Shown here: piece after piece, positions 54,171 through 63,366 of the stretch
How the letters are laid out: the number at the start of each line of letters is the position of its first letter
How positions within the stretch are numbered: position 1 is the first letter of the stretch
The notes under the pieces: model-generated
What the model saw: only the letters and a program-made list of their open reading frames with translations
Told to the model about the DNA's origin: nothing
Database searches by the model: none
IMG/VR virus record: IMGVR_UViG_3300017991_000058
Length of the DNA: 64,000 bases
From: an uncultured virus (IMG/VR IMGVR_UViG_3300017991_000058)
Taxonomy: Duplodnaviria; Heunggongvirae; Uroviricota; Caudoviricetes
Strand: one strand, 5' to 3'
Position numbers and translations under genes: made by a program

Positions 54171-56441
54171 CTACGCGGTCGCGGCCGCGATCTCCTCCTC
54201 GAGCTCCCGCGTGTCCTGGGAGAACCGGAGGATGATGTACTCGGCCGGCTTCTGCGTCGCCAGGCCGATCCTGGCGATGAGCTTCCCGGCGAAGACGCTG
54301 CTCGCCGGGTTCAGCCCCTCGCCTACGTCGACGAAGAAGCTGTTCGACGGGGAGTCGCCCCTGAACGCCCCGTTCCGGAACTGGATGAGCAGGAACGCCG
54401 TCAGGGCGCGGTCGACACGGGCGCGGAGGTTGGCGTCGTTGTTCGAGTGGCGCGCGAACTCGGTGCCGAGCCTCGCGGACACCTCGATGTAGATGACGCC
54501 CCGCCGCTCGGCGACGCTCGGGAAGTTCCCGTTGCCCTTGAGCGTCCGGCTCCCGTCAATGAACAGCGGGAGCCCGGGGCCCGTCGTCAGCGGGTTGATC
54601 CGCTTCGGGTAGACGAGGTCTCGGCAGCTCTCCTGCTTGACGTCGTCGTTCTCGAACCCGACGACGCCTCTCAGGATGCCCCTCTCGACGCCGGCGGGCT
54701 GGAGGTAGACACCCCCCTCCCTGGAGCCGTCCGTCCGCGCGAAGACGCCGGCGATGTGGCCGCTCGGCGGGACGACGATCGTGTCGTCAGTCCCGAACAC
54801 CGCCTCGGACGGGTTCAGGACCTTCACCTGCGGCCAGTAGATCGCCCCGTACTCGGAGAGGTTGAGCAGCGACGCGGTGGTCTCGACGTAGGTGATGATC
54901 CCCGTCTTCGACTGCCCCGCGGGGGGGTCGAGAACCGCGAAGACCGTGCCGTCGCGGGTGTCCTCGCAGTAGGTGATCATTCCGTTGTGGACGGCGTTCG
55001 TCGGGCGGTCCGGGATGGCGAGGAGCGCCAAGTCGAGCGACTGGTCGAGGACGCGGAGCCCCGTCGGGCCGGCCGAGGAGCCGAGGAAGTCGTTGTCGTC
55101 GATGGAGGCGAGCCCGTCGTTCCCGCCGGCCAGCGGCCCGTGGGTGACGGGACTGTAGGTCGGGGAGGTGTCGCCGCCGCTCGGGCGCCGCTGCTCGGCG
55201 GTCCCGGCGGCGCCGAGGTCCTCTGCCTCGATGAAGTGCGAGCCCGTGTCCTCGTCGTTGACGATCGTCTCGACGTACCTGTCGGCCGTCGTGTCCATCG
55301 TCAGGTTCGGGTAGACCTCGACGACGATCCCGCTGTCGAGAACGGTCAGGTTGAACTCCGAGGCGACGAGCGACGTCGCGCGGCTGATCTTGATGGTCAG
55401 GTCGTGGGCGTAGGTCCCGGGATACTTCCCGAGGATCTTGAGGGTGTCGACGGCGGCGCCGCTCGTTCCAGAGTGCGTCGCGTTGTCGAGCCCCATCTCG
55501 TCGTCGGCCGTCGACGACGCGTCGACCTGGACGAAGTACGACGCCCCGGCCGTGTCGCGGGTGATCCTGATCTGGCCGCTCTCGTCCGAGACCGTGACTC
55601 CGGACGCGGCGGCCTCGACGATCGTCTTCACCTCGGCGGCCGTAACGACGTCAATGTCCGCGACGTTCCCCGTCCCGGTGTCGCTCTGCCCGTTGAACCC
55701 GAGCGTGGAGACGGCAGTTCCGGCGAACCCGTCGAGATCGGAGTCCGTCCCGAGCGTGTCCGACGTGATGACGACGGCCCCGGCGGACACGGTTGCCGAG
55801 ACGCCGGTCGCCTTGGCGTTGATGACGGCCGCGACCTCCGCGGCCGTCGCAGCCCCGATCGCGACGAACTCTGCGGTGAGGAACGTCACCGTCTGGGGAG
55901 AGCCGTTGTCGACCTCCAGGATGAGCGTCTGGCTGTCGGCGAGAGCGAAGGTCTCGGTCTGGCTCCCCGTGACGGAGGCCGCCGTCGCGCTGAACGTCGC
56001 CGTGTCCGGTCCGCCGAGGTCCGTCGTGATCAGCAGGGTGTCGCCGTTCGCGAGCTCGAACGGAGCGGCGATGCTCCCGAGGACGGACCCCTGGGTTGCC
56101 CCTCCGGCCGTGGTCTGGATCGTCACCTCGGCCGTCGCGGACGTCGCCGTCGATGGCGTGTCGACGTCCGTGTAGTGGACGGTTCGGACGAAGTCGAGGA
56201 CCTGTCCGCCGTTGTCGAAGAACCCCTGCACGGCGTGGTAGGCGTCGCCGTCGGCGATCGCTCCGCCGTAGATGTCGACCCACTCGTCGAAGCTCGTCGT
56301 CCTCGTGAGCTCCCCGACGGGCCCCTTCTCCGTGACGCCGATCATTCCAAAGACGTTCGTCGGAACGCCGAGGATTTGGCGAACCCGCGGCTCCTCCTCG
56401 GTGACGACGACCTTCGAGGCCAGCAGCTCCTTGCTCATCAC
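54171..56441 (-). CDS. contractile tail sheath protein with inserted domains
   Basis: GVTEKGP, FFDNGG, AIYWP, VPPSGHIAG, INPL, GSRTL, KPAEYI. Confidence 0.92.
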   Translation of the reverse strand: MMSKELLASKVVVTEEEPRVRQILGVPTNVFGMIGVTEKGPVGELTRTTSFDEWVDIYGGAIADGDAYHAVQGFFDNGGQVLDFVRTVHYTDVDTPSTATSATAEVTIQTTAGGATQGSVLGSIAAPFELANGDTLLITTDLGGPDTATFSATAASVTGSQTETFALADSQTLILEVDNGSPQTVTFLTAEFVAIGAATAAEVAAVINAKATGVSATVSAGAVVITSDTLGTDSDLDGFAGTAVSTLGFNGQSDTGTGNVADIDVVTAAEVKTIVEAAASGVTVSDESGQIRITRDTAGASYFVQVDASSTADDEMGLDNATHSGTSGAAVDTLKILGKYPGTYAHDLTIKISRATSLVASEFNLTVLDSGIVVEVYPNLTMDTTADRYVETIVNDEDTGSHFIEAEDLGAAGTAEQRRPSGGDTSPTYSPVTHGPLAGGNDGLASIDDNDFLGSSAGPTGLRVLDQSLDLALLAIPDRPTNAVHNGMITYCEDTRDGTVFAVLDPPAGQSKTGIITYVETTASLLNLSEYGAIYWPQVKVLNPSEAVFGTDDTIVVPPSGHIAGVFARTDGSREGGVYLQPAGVERGILRGVVGFENDDVKQESCRDLVYPKRINPLTTGPGLPLFIDGSRTLKGNGNFPSVAERRGVIYIEVSARLGTEFARHSNNDANLRARVDRALTAFLLIQFRNGAFRGDSPSNSFFVDVGEGLNPASSVFAGKLIARIGLATQKPAEYIILRFSQDTRELEEEIAAATA

Positions 56442-56818
56442 TCACCTCCCGCCTTGCTCGCCGCCTGCTTGTGGTGGCTGTCCGCGTCGGACTTCGCCTT
56501 CGCCTTGGGCTTGGGCTTGGCCTTGGGCGGCGCCGTCTCTACGGTGAGCTTCACGGCTCCCGCGGCCCGGAGCCTCCGGACGTCCGGCACCGCGGCGATC
56601 GCGTCGGGCAGCCCCGTGACGGACTCGCCGCGCAGCAGCGTGATCACGCCGGCGCAGCCCTTCCGGGTCTCGCGCATCCCGCGAGACCCGGTCCGCGGAT
56701 TGTGGTCGCTCGCCCGCACAACGACTCGCCGATACCCGAACCGCTTGTGCCAGAAGGCGGGGTGGTCGAGCGAGATGATCTGCCGTCGCCTCGACACGTT
56801 TTCGATCGTCGTCGCCAT
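56438..56818 (-). CDS. hypothetical basic protein
   Basis: tight packing before the sheath gene. Confidence 0.6.
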   Translation of the reverse strand: MATTIENVSRRRQIISLDHPAFWHKRFGYRRVVVRASDHNPRTGSRGMRETRKGCAGVITLLRGESVTGLPDAIAAVPDVRRLRAAGAVKLTVETAPPKAKPKPKAKAKSDADSHHKQAASKAGGE

Positions 56819-58083
56819 CAGCAATCCCCTCCCGGGCTCGGTCCCACGTCGTAGGACGCGCCCGTCTGAGCCGTCGTTATATCGATGCCGTCCTCGTCGA
56901 CCGGAGCGACTATCCGGCGGCCGAGCTCGCCGTCGAAACCGGCCAGGTCCTCGATGTCGAACCCGCGGATCACGACAGTCCCGCTGAACGTCCTGACGTT
57001 CGACAGGTTCGCTACGCCGGTCGTGTCGAAGTCCCCGTTCGGGACGAAGTCGTGCTCGTATCTCACCCGCCCCTGAGAGGGGTCGTCCGGGTCCCGGTCC
57101 AGGTAGATGTACGGGTTGTTGTTGACGAACTGAGTCGCGAGAACCTGGAGGTTCGTCGCCTCGCCCTTGTGGTCCGACACTCCGGTCACGACGAATGACA
57201 GGTCGACCGTGTAGGGAACCCTACGGACGACTATGTCGCCGCTCGGCAGCTCCACCGTGATCGTCCCGTTCTCGCTGAAGAACCGGTTCTCGGAGATGTC
57301 CGGACCGTCGACGGCGATGCCGGGAAGATCGGCGACGGCGGTGATGTTCAGCTCGTCTCCGGTCTCGTCGTCGTACTCCGTGTGAGTCGTCGTCGAGACG
57401 TTCGGGATGACCTGCTTCCGCCACTGGATGATGTACTCGCGGACGAGCCGCGTCAGGTGGGCCGCGTCGGCGAGCTGGACCCGGGAGAAGGCGTATCCGT
57501 CCGAGACGGTGACCGTCTCTCCGGAGATCGGGTCCCCGTCGTCGTCGACGTTCCTCACCGTCACGTCGACCTTTCCCTCGCCGTACGCCCGCGTGTAGGC
57601 GCGGGCTCCGGACGTCGGGCCCTCCGCCGAGACCGCGCCGGACGTCTCCAGCGTCAGGACGGTCGCCGTCATGGACGCGACGGAGTGGTCGGTGTTGTTA
57701 GCGTCCTCGTCCGCCTGCTCCACAGTGACGGTCTGGCCCGACCTGAACCCGTCGTCGCGCCAGCTCCCGGCGCTCCTCACGATCGTGTCGGGGGTCCCCG
57801 GAACGAACGTCAAGTCGGGGTCGCCGAGCATCCTGACGATCTCCCCGGAGATCGGCGAGACGGGAGTCAGGGCCGCCAGCCTGTTCGTCCGCAGCACCTG
57901 GACGTCCGTCGCGGGTTCGTCGTCGAACAGAATCTCGACGCTGGCGGGCGCCGCAGCCGTCACCCCAGACGGGTTCACCGACTCGGTGGGGAGTCGAAAC
58001 CCGTCCCCGTACACCTCTACTAGGGCGCGACCGGACGTCGGCCCGCGGGCTGGGACGATGTTGGTGACCACCGGGACGGACAT
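56818..58083 (-). CDS. IPT/TIG domain + tail completion protein
   Basis: PVVTNIVPARGPTSG...VEVYGDGF. Confidence 0.65.
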   Translation of the reverse strand: MSVPVVTNIVPARGPTSGRALVEVYGDGFRLPTESVNPSGVTAAAPASVEILFDDEPATDVQVLRTNRLAALTPVSPISGEIVRMLGDPDLTFVPGTPDTIVRSAGSWRDDGFRSGQTVTVEQADEDANNTDHSVASMTATVLTLETSGAVSAEGPTSGARAYTRAYGEGKVDVTVRNVDDDGDPISGETVTVSDGYAFSRVQLADAAHLTRLVREYIIQWRKQVIPNVSTTTHTEYDDETGDELNITAVADLPGIAVDGPDISENRFFSENGTITVELPSGDIVVRRVPYTVDLSFVVTGVSDHKGEATNLQVLATQFVNNNPYIYLDRDPDDPSQGRVRYEHDFVPNGDFDTTGVANLSNVRTFSGTVVIRGFDIEDLAGFDGELGRRIVAPVDEDGIDITTAQTGASYDVGPSPGGDC

Positions 58084-58122
58084 GCTGGCGCCAGCATACC
58101 TGAGGATCGCCCCGAGACTCAA
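58082..58122 (-). promoter_or_regulatory. putative promoter TTGAGT-N18-TATGCT overlapped by the 16-bp palindrome ATGCTGGCGCCAGCAT
   Basis: -10 lies 9 nt before ATG 58083; perfect palindrome at 58082-58097. Confidence 0.5.
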
Positions 58123-58133
58123 GGTCGTAGGCG

Positions 58134-58808
58134 TCAGGACGCCGTGCCGAAGGCGCCGCCCGTCGCGATTGAGACGTCGCGCAGAATCCTGCGCTCGGCC
58201 CCCCTCCGCCTCCTATCGAACACGGGTTCGAGAAACGGACGGGGTCGGATGCGGATTACCAGCACGGCCCCCGGCCGAAACAACGGGATCGCCCCTCCGG
58301 ACCGCTTCGTCCCGCCGACAGGCTTCGTGCCCGACGAGCGGCGGCGGGACAGGCTCCCCGTAACTGACCTCAGCATCGAGAAGAAGTACCGGTGCATCGC
58401 GGGCGTCACCCTGATGACGATGACCTTCCCTCGCTCGTGGACGGCGGCGATCGAGACGATCGACGCGCCCCCTCTCCCGCCTCGCCGTCGAGCCCCGCGC
58501 GACACCCCCCCGAAGTACTCCATCGATCGGACGCGGCGGACCCTTACGGAGTTGATCAGGTCTGCGTGGTCTATCAAGGGCTTGTTCGACCGCTTCCGCC
58601 CGACGGTCAGGGGTCGGTTCGGGGTGAGCCGCTGTCCGCCTGGGGCACCCCGCCTGACCCCCTGCTTGACGTCCCGCACGTAGCGCTCCGCCTCGGCCCT
58701 GACGGCGCGGTCGAACGCGCAACGGAGAGCCCTACCGTCGCGATGACTGCGGAGGATCTGTCTGGCCCTCTCCCAATCGCCGACGAGCCTTACGCGAACG
58801 CCGTTCAC
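58134..58808 (-). CDS. neck / virion morphogenesis protein
   Basis: KRSNKPLID..DLINS, IAAVHERG, IRPRPFLEP. Confidence 0.75.
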   Translation of the reverse strand: MNGVRVRLVGDWERARQILRSHRDGRALRCAFDRAVRAEAERYVRDVKQGVRRGAPGGQRLTPNRPLTVGRKRSNKPLIDHADLINSVRVRRVRSMEYFGGVSRGARRRGGRGGASIVSIAAVHERGKVIVIRVTPAMHRYFFSMLRSVTGSLSRRRSSGTKPVGGTKRSGGAIPLFRPGAVLVIRIRPRPFLEPVFDRRRRGAERRILRDVSIATGGAFGTAS

Positions 58809-59323
58809 GACGTCGACCGCTCTCGCGACTCGAACATCAGCAGGAGCAGATTGCGGCGCGCCCCGACGAAGAAAGACCTCGGCTGCGGCTCGACGCAGAA
58901 GAGACCGGGGGGGTTCGGGATGCGCTGTATCAGCTCTCCGGTCGGCCTGTAGATCGCGTCCAGCCTGTCGCTCTTCCGGAGCATGGGGAGCCCGTCGTCG
59001 TCCAGAAGTCCCTCCCGCTCGAGCTCGCGGAAGTGAAGGACCAACCTGACCATCGACCTAGGGGACTGCCCCGTCGTCATCATCTGCATGGCGTCGAAGG
59101 CGTCGTCCTCGATCTGGGCGCTAAGACGGACGACGCTCTCCACCCGACGAATGCTACCCCTAGCCGAGCTGTCGTCGTCCGCCGGCGGGACCATAACCGG
59201 CTCGCGGAACACGTCGTCGTACCCGAGCCCGTGGGGCCCAGCCCCGTCGGGGTCGTCGGCCGTCGCGTCGGTGTCCAACCTGGCGATGTCGACGCGGAAC
59301 GGGAATATCAGCCGGCCTCTCAC
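58805..59323 (-). CDS. head closure / neck protein
   Basis: GYDDVFREP, position between adaptor and morphogenesis genes. Confidence 0.6.
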   Translation of the reverse strand: MRGRLIFPFRVDIARLDTDATADDPDGAGPHGLGYDDVFREPVMVPPADDDSSARGSIRRVESVVRLSAQIEDDAFDAMQMMTTGQSPRSMVRLVLHFRELEREGLLDDDGLPMLRKSDRLDAIYRPTGELIQRIPNPPGLFCVEPQPRSFFVGARRNLLLLMFESRERSTS

Positions 59324-59338
59324 GTGCGCCTAGGGGGC

Positions 59339-59497
59339 CTATCGCCGCCCGCCTCCCTTGCCACGGCCTCCGCCACGCCCACCGCCCGGCCCGCCGCCGG
59401 AGCAGCCGCCTGTGTTCTTCCCCCGGCCGCCCCCACCGGCCTGCCCCTTCCCTCCGCCGCGCCCGTCTCTCGGCGGGCTCGCAGGTCGCTTCGCCAT
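59339..59497 (-). CDS. 52-aa Gly/Arg/Lys-rich microprotein (not in the ORF track)
   Basis: AGGAGG RBS 6 nt before ATG; MAKRPASPPRDGRGGGKGQAGGGGRGKNTGGCSGGGPGGGRGGGRGKGGGRR. Confidence 0.65.
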   Translation of the reverse strand: MAKRPASPPRDGRGGGKGQAGGGGRGKNTGGCSGGGPGGGRGGGRGKGGGRR

Positions 59498-59527
59498 GGT
59501 CGTCCTCCTGTCGAGGAGAGTAGCACG

Positions 59528-60607
59528 CTAGACGGCGCGGATCTTTATGGGACGTCTGAACCGCGCGAGGATCGCGTCGATCTCAGGATCGCCGGTGTAC
59601 GCGCCGACGACGGCCCGCCCCCCGGACGTCGCGGAGACGCCCCCGAGCTTGATGGTCTGGTCTCGCGTCTTGTACTCCGTAACGCGCCAGCGGGCTCGGG
59701 CGTCCTCCCGGTCGTCTCCGTCGACGAGGAGCGGGAGCTCCCGCATCGCCATCAGCTTGCAGGCGTGGGCGATGAGCTCCGGGACCTTCCCGGTCGCCGT
59801 CCCGTCGTACTCCGTGTACCCGAACTGGCCCGTGATCTGGACGTTGCGCTGCCCGCGCGGGAAGTTCCGGAAGCCTAGCCTGGCCTCGAGAGACCCCTCT
59901 ATCGGCTGGAGGAGCTCGATCCGGGGGTTCTCCCTGTCGTCCGGCTGGGTGAGGTTCTCCGACAGGTGCCTGTTGTAGACGATCAGCTCGGTGTCGACGT
60001 CTACCTCGATGTCCTCGACGAGCAGCTCCGTCACGTCGATGATCGGCTGGTCGAGATGTAGGGACTTGACCCCCAACCCGTCGAGCGTGAACGTGAGGGA
60101 CCGCGGCTCGAACCACCGCTTTGTGTACATGTCGATCAGCCGGGACGCCGTGGCGATAGCGGACTCGACGCGGGTGTCGTCGTGCATCGCCTCGGTGACC
60201 CCCTCGTCTCGGATGTCTTGGATCGTGCAGTAGCCCGGAGGACTGACCATCGACGCCTGGAGCGTGACGACGAACTCCTGGCAGAACTGCTGCTCGGCGT
60301 GGGCAACTGTCAGCCGCCAGAACCAGTGGATCTCGTAGGCGCCGACGAGCGCGTCTACGGGGACGTCCCACTCCGCGACGTAGTGGCCGGTGCCGATCTT
60401 GTGGCCCGTCGGGCAGAGATTGTCGACGTCGACCGTGGCTCGCCCCGTCGGGGGGTAGACCTGCGTCAGGTTCGGAGGGTCGCTGACCCGCTCGTAGATG
60501 ACGTACTCGGCGGAGTAGATGTCCGTCAGGACGGACCCGATCCGGACGTACGCGTCCAGGACGGGGTTGCTGCAGTTGCTGCTCTCTTCCCGCTCGAGCG
60601 CCGGCAT
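59528..60607 (-). CDS. head-tail adaptor protein with N-terminal Ig-like domain
   Basis: YCTIQDIRDEG, ASRLIDMYTKRWF, FPRGQRNV..GY, TGDPEIDAIL. Confidence 0.75.
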   Translation of the reverse strand: MPALEREESSNCSNPVLDAYVRIGSVLTDIYSAEYVIYERVSDPPNLTQVYPPTGRATVDVDNLCPTGHKIGTGHYVAEWDVPVDALVGAYEIHWFWRLTVAHAEQQFCQEFVVTLQASMVSPPGYCTIQDIRDEGVTEAMHDDTRVESAIATASRLIDMYTKRWFEPRSLTFTLDGLGVKSLHLDQPIIDVTELLVEDIEVDVDTELIVYNRHLSENLTQPDDRENPRIELLQPIEGSLEARLGFRNFPRGQRNVQITGQFGYTEYDGTATGKVPELIAHACKLMAMRELPLLVDGDDREDARARWRVTEYKTRDQTIKLGGVSATSGGRAVVGAYTGDPEIDAILARFRRPIKIRAV

Positions 60608-60617
60608 CGAGACCTCC

Positions 60618-62909
60618 TCAGCAGATCGTACCCGTCATCGTGGCCGATGCCTCGATCGACGCGCCGCTGACCCGCCTGAGGACGATGACGGTGTCGCCCT
60701 CTGCGGGAGCTACAGGAAACGGGTTGTCGCTGTTGACAGAGATCGCACCGTTCGCCTGGGCGTACGCCTCGATCGTCCGTGCCGCCACCCACCCGGCGGC
60801 AGCGACGACGACGACGGTCATGTACTTGAAGGTGTCGTCCGGCTCCGTGAGGGACGTCCCGAACGTGATCGCAGTCGGTGTCGGCGTCGCCCCCACCGTC
60901 GTCTCGGCCGCCATCGAGTTGAGCGCTCGCCCCACCGTTCCTGGGTCCTGATGCGCAGCGATGGACTGGTCGAGGATCGTCTCGGCGACGACGACTGGGT
61001 CGACCCCGGCCGCCGCGTCGTTCAGGGCCGCGCCGGTGGAGCCCGCGCCGACGTGCCCCGAGATCGCCTCGTCCCAGACGGCGTCGACGACGGCGACGAC
61101 CTGCGCGGCCGTCAGCGCCATCTCGTCCCCGGCGACGGCACGGCTGCTGATCAGCTCGTCGAGGTTGTCGAGCAGAGCCGCCCTGACGCTCGTGTACCCC
61201 TGCGCGACCAGCGCAGCGACGCACGCCGCCTGCGCCTCGGCCTGGCTCAGGTCGTTCAGTCCGGCGATCGCGGCCTGGGTCGCCGCGTGCTGGGCGATCT
61301 GGTTCGACTCGTCGGCGGGGTCGGCCGGAAGCCTCGCGTCGATCGCGGCGGTGTCGGCAAAGACGCCCTGAAGCTGCCCGCCGGTCGCGGCCGTCTTCGC
61401 CCCGTCCACCCCGATGGCGTCGCGGATCTGCTCCCGCTCCGAAGACGTCCAATCGACCCCGGCGCCGCTGCTCGCGTCGTTCAGAGCCTCGCCCGTCGAG
61501 CCCACTCCGAGGTGGTCGGCGATCGTCTCGTCCCAGACTCCGTCGGCGATCTCGTCGACCGCGTCGGAGGCCAGGGCGTCGGCGTCCACAGCTCCGGCGG
61601 CGATGGCCGCCGCGTCGACTACCCCTGCCTGCATGGCTCCGACGTCGGAGTCCATCCGCCCGCCGACGAGAGACGTCGGGAGACGGGTCTGGATGTCGTC
61701 CGTGTCGGCCTGGACGGCGGCCACGGCCGCGGCCGTGGCGAGACCGGACTGGATCTCGGCCACCGCGTCGGATGCCAAGGCATCGGCGTCGACGGCGTCG
61801 GTGGCGATCGCCCCGGCCGTGATCGCCCCGTTGTCGATGGCCTCGACGTGGGACCTCATCCTGCCCCCGGAGAGCGTGGCAGGAAGGCGGGTCTGGATGT
61901 CGTCCGTGTCGGCCTGGACGGCGGCAACCTCCGCGGACGTGGACAGTCCCGACTGGATCTCCGCGACGGCATCGGCCGCAAGAGCGTCGGCATCGACGGA
62001 GTCGGTCTGCATGGCTCCGACGTCGGAGTCCATCCTCCCCCCGACGAGAGCCGCCGGCAGCCTGGACTGGATGTCCTGGGTGTCCGCCTCGACGTCCGTG
62101 AGTTGGGACGCCGTGGCGAGACCGGACTGGATCTCGGACACGGCATCGGACGCGAGTGCATCGGCGTCGATTGCGTCAGCCCCTACGACTGAGGCACTGA
62201 CTACGCCGGCCTGCATGGCTCCGACGTCGGAGTCCATCCTACCTCCGACGAGGGCCGCCGGAAGGCGAGACTGGATGTCCTGGGTGTCCGTCTCGACGTC
62301 CGTGAGCTGGGACGCAGTCGCCAGCCCGGACTGGATCTCGGCCACCGCGTCGGCGGCGAGCGCGTCGGCGTCCACGGCGTCGGTGGCGATGGCCGCCGCT
62401 GAGACGACGCCGGCCTGCATCGCACCGACGTCGGAGTCCATCCTCCCGGAGACCAGCGCGGCGGGAAGGCGGGTCTGGATGTCGTCCGTGTCGGCCTGGA
62501 CGTCGGAGACGTCGGACTGCGTCGCGGAGTGCTCGTCGAACAGGTCCTTCACCCACTGGTCGACCTTCAGCTCGTCGACGAACGGCGTGTTCTTCGCGGT
62601 CCCGCCCGTCTCGTCGATGCGGATCATGTAGGTGTCGTCGGCCGTCGGGCTGACGATCGCCGACGTGTCCCAGTCGTAGTAGTACTCGCCCGGGGCCAGC
62701 GACGACGACACCTCCGACATCGTCGCCTGCCGGGTCGTCCACCCGGACGCCTTGAAGGTGTCGTCGTTGAAGTCGTACCAGAAGCCGTCGCTGACCCGCT
62801 GGATCGCCAGAACGACCGTGGAGAGCCCGGTCAGGGCCGCGAGACTCCCGTCCTTCACGACCGGAGTCTGGATGCGCTCGGTGGACCCTGCGATGATTCG
62901 CGTCGTCAC
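60618..62909 (-). CDS. repeat-rich virion protein (collar/fibre-like)
   Basis: N-terminal PGEYYY Ig-like domain, about five 68-aa repeats, VWDE...GSTG repeats. Confidence 0.75.
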   Translation of the reverse strand: MTTRIIAGSTERIQTPVVKDGSLAALTGLSTVVLAIQRVSDGFWYDFNDDTFKASGWTTRQATMSEVSSSLAPGEYYYDWDTSAIVSPTADDTYMIRIDETGGTAKNTPFVDELKVDQWVKDLFDEHSATQSDVSDVQADTDDIQTRLPAALVSGRMDSDVGAMQAGVVSAAAIATDAVDADALAADAVAEIQSGLATASQLTDVETDTQDIQSRLPAALVGGRMDSDVGAMQAGVVSASVVGADAIDADALASDAVSEIQSGLATASQLTDVEADTQDIQSRLPAALVGGRMDSDVGAMQTDSVDADALAADAVAEIQSGLSTSAEVAAVQADTDDIQTRLPATLSGGRMRSHVEAIDNGAITAGAIATDAVDADALASDAVAEIQSGLATAAAVAAVQADTDDIQTRLPTSLVGGRMDSDVGAMQAGVVDAAAIAAGAVDADALASDAVDEIADGVWDETIADHLGVGSTGEALNDASSGAGVDWTSSEREQIRDAIGVDGAKTAATGGQLQGVFADTAAIDARLPADPADESNQIAQHAATQAAIAGLNDLSQAEAQAACVAALVAQGYTSVRAALLDNLDELISSRAVAGDEMALTAAQVVAVVDAVWDEAISGHVGAGSTGAALNDAAAGVDPVVVAETILDQSIAAHQDPGTVGRALNSMAAETTVGATPTPTAITFGTSLTEPDDTFKYMTVVVVAAAGWVAARTIEAYAQANGAISVNSDNPFPVAPAEGDTVIVLRRVSGASIEASATMTGTIC
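61550..62505 (-). repeat. coding tandem repeat, about 204-nt unit, about 5 copies
   Basis: DT.DIQ.RLP..L..GRM.S.V.A...DADALA.DAV.EIQSGL unit; the third copy lacks 10 aa. Confidence 0.85.
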
Positions 62910-62912
62910 GGT

Positions 62913-63356
62913 TCAACTCTCCTCTCTGGCGTCGAGCAGCCTGGCGGTCTCCCCGGTCGTCGGGTCCGGAACCTCCTCGCTGATGAGAAACTCGTAGAGA
63001 ACGTCGCGCACGACGTCGAACAGCCTCTCGATCCGGCTGAGGCCGTCGTACGGGACCGTCTGCGCGCCGCAGCCCCGACACTCCTCCGACAGCGCGCTCC
63101 ACTCCCCGCAGGCCGGGCAGCGTCTGAGACTCATCCCGCCCTTCAGCGGGTGGTTCCCGTTCTCGATCTTGAACTCGATCGGCGGCCACTCCCTGTCGGC
63201 CACGAACGTCCCGTCCACGTCGGCTCCGTAGCAGACCCAGATCTTCACCCACCGCTCGACGTTGTCCTCGATCTTCACCGCGACGATCTTGGCCCTGGTC
63301 GGTGGAGGGGGCGGCGGCGGGGGCGGGGGCGGTGGGTTGTTCAGTGCTACCGACAT
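62913..63356 (-). CDS. hypothetical Zn-ribbon protein with poly-Pro, paralogue of 31802-32569
   Basis: GMSLRRCPAC...PYDG...EFLISEEVPDP. Confidence 0.72.
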   Translation of the reverse strand: MSVALNNPPPPPPPPPPPPTRAKIVAVKIEDNVERWVKIWVCYGADVDGTFVADREWPPIEFKIENGNHPLKGGMSLRRCPACGEWSALSEECRGCGAQTVPYDGLSRIERLFDVVRDVLYEFLISEEVPDPTTGETARLLDAREES

Positions 63357-63366
63357 CGGTCTCTCC

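Noticed and set aside
42808..56441. Sheath/tube/baseplate cluster as a tailocin or eCIS
   Set aside because: It is linked to neck/adaptor genes, a tape measure and a full replication module, consistent with a complete phage.
63300..63336. G-rich tract as a G-quadruplex element
   Set aside because: It is the reverse complement of a poly-Pro coding run; there is no independent support.
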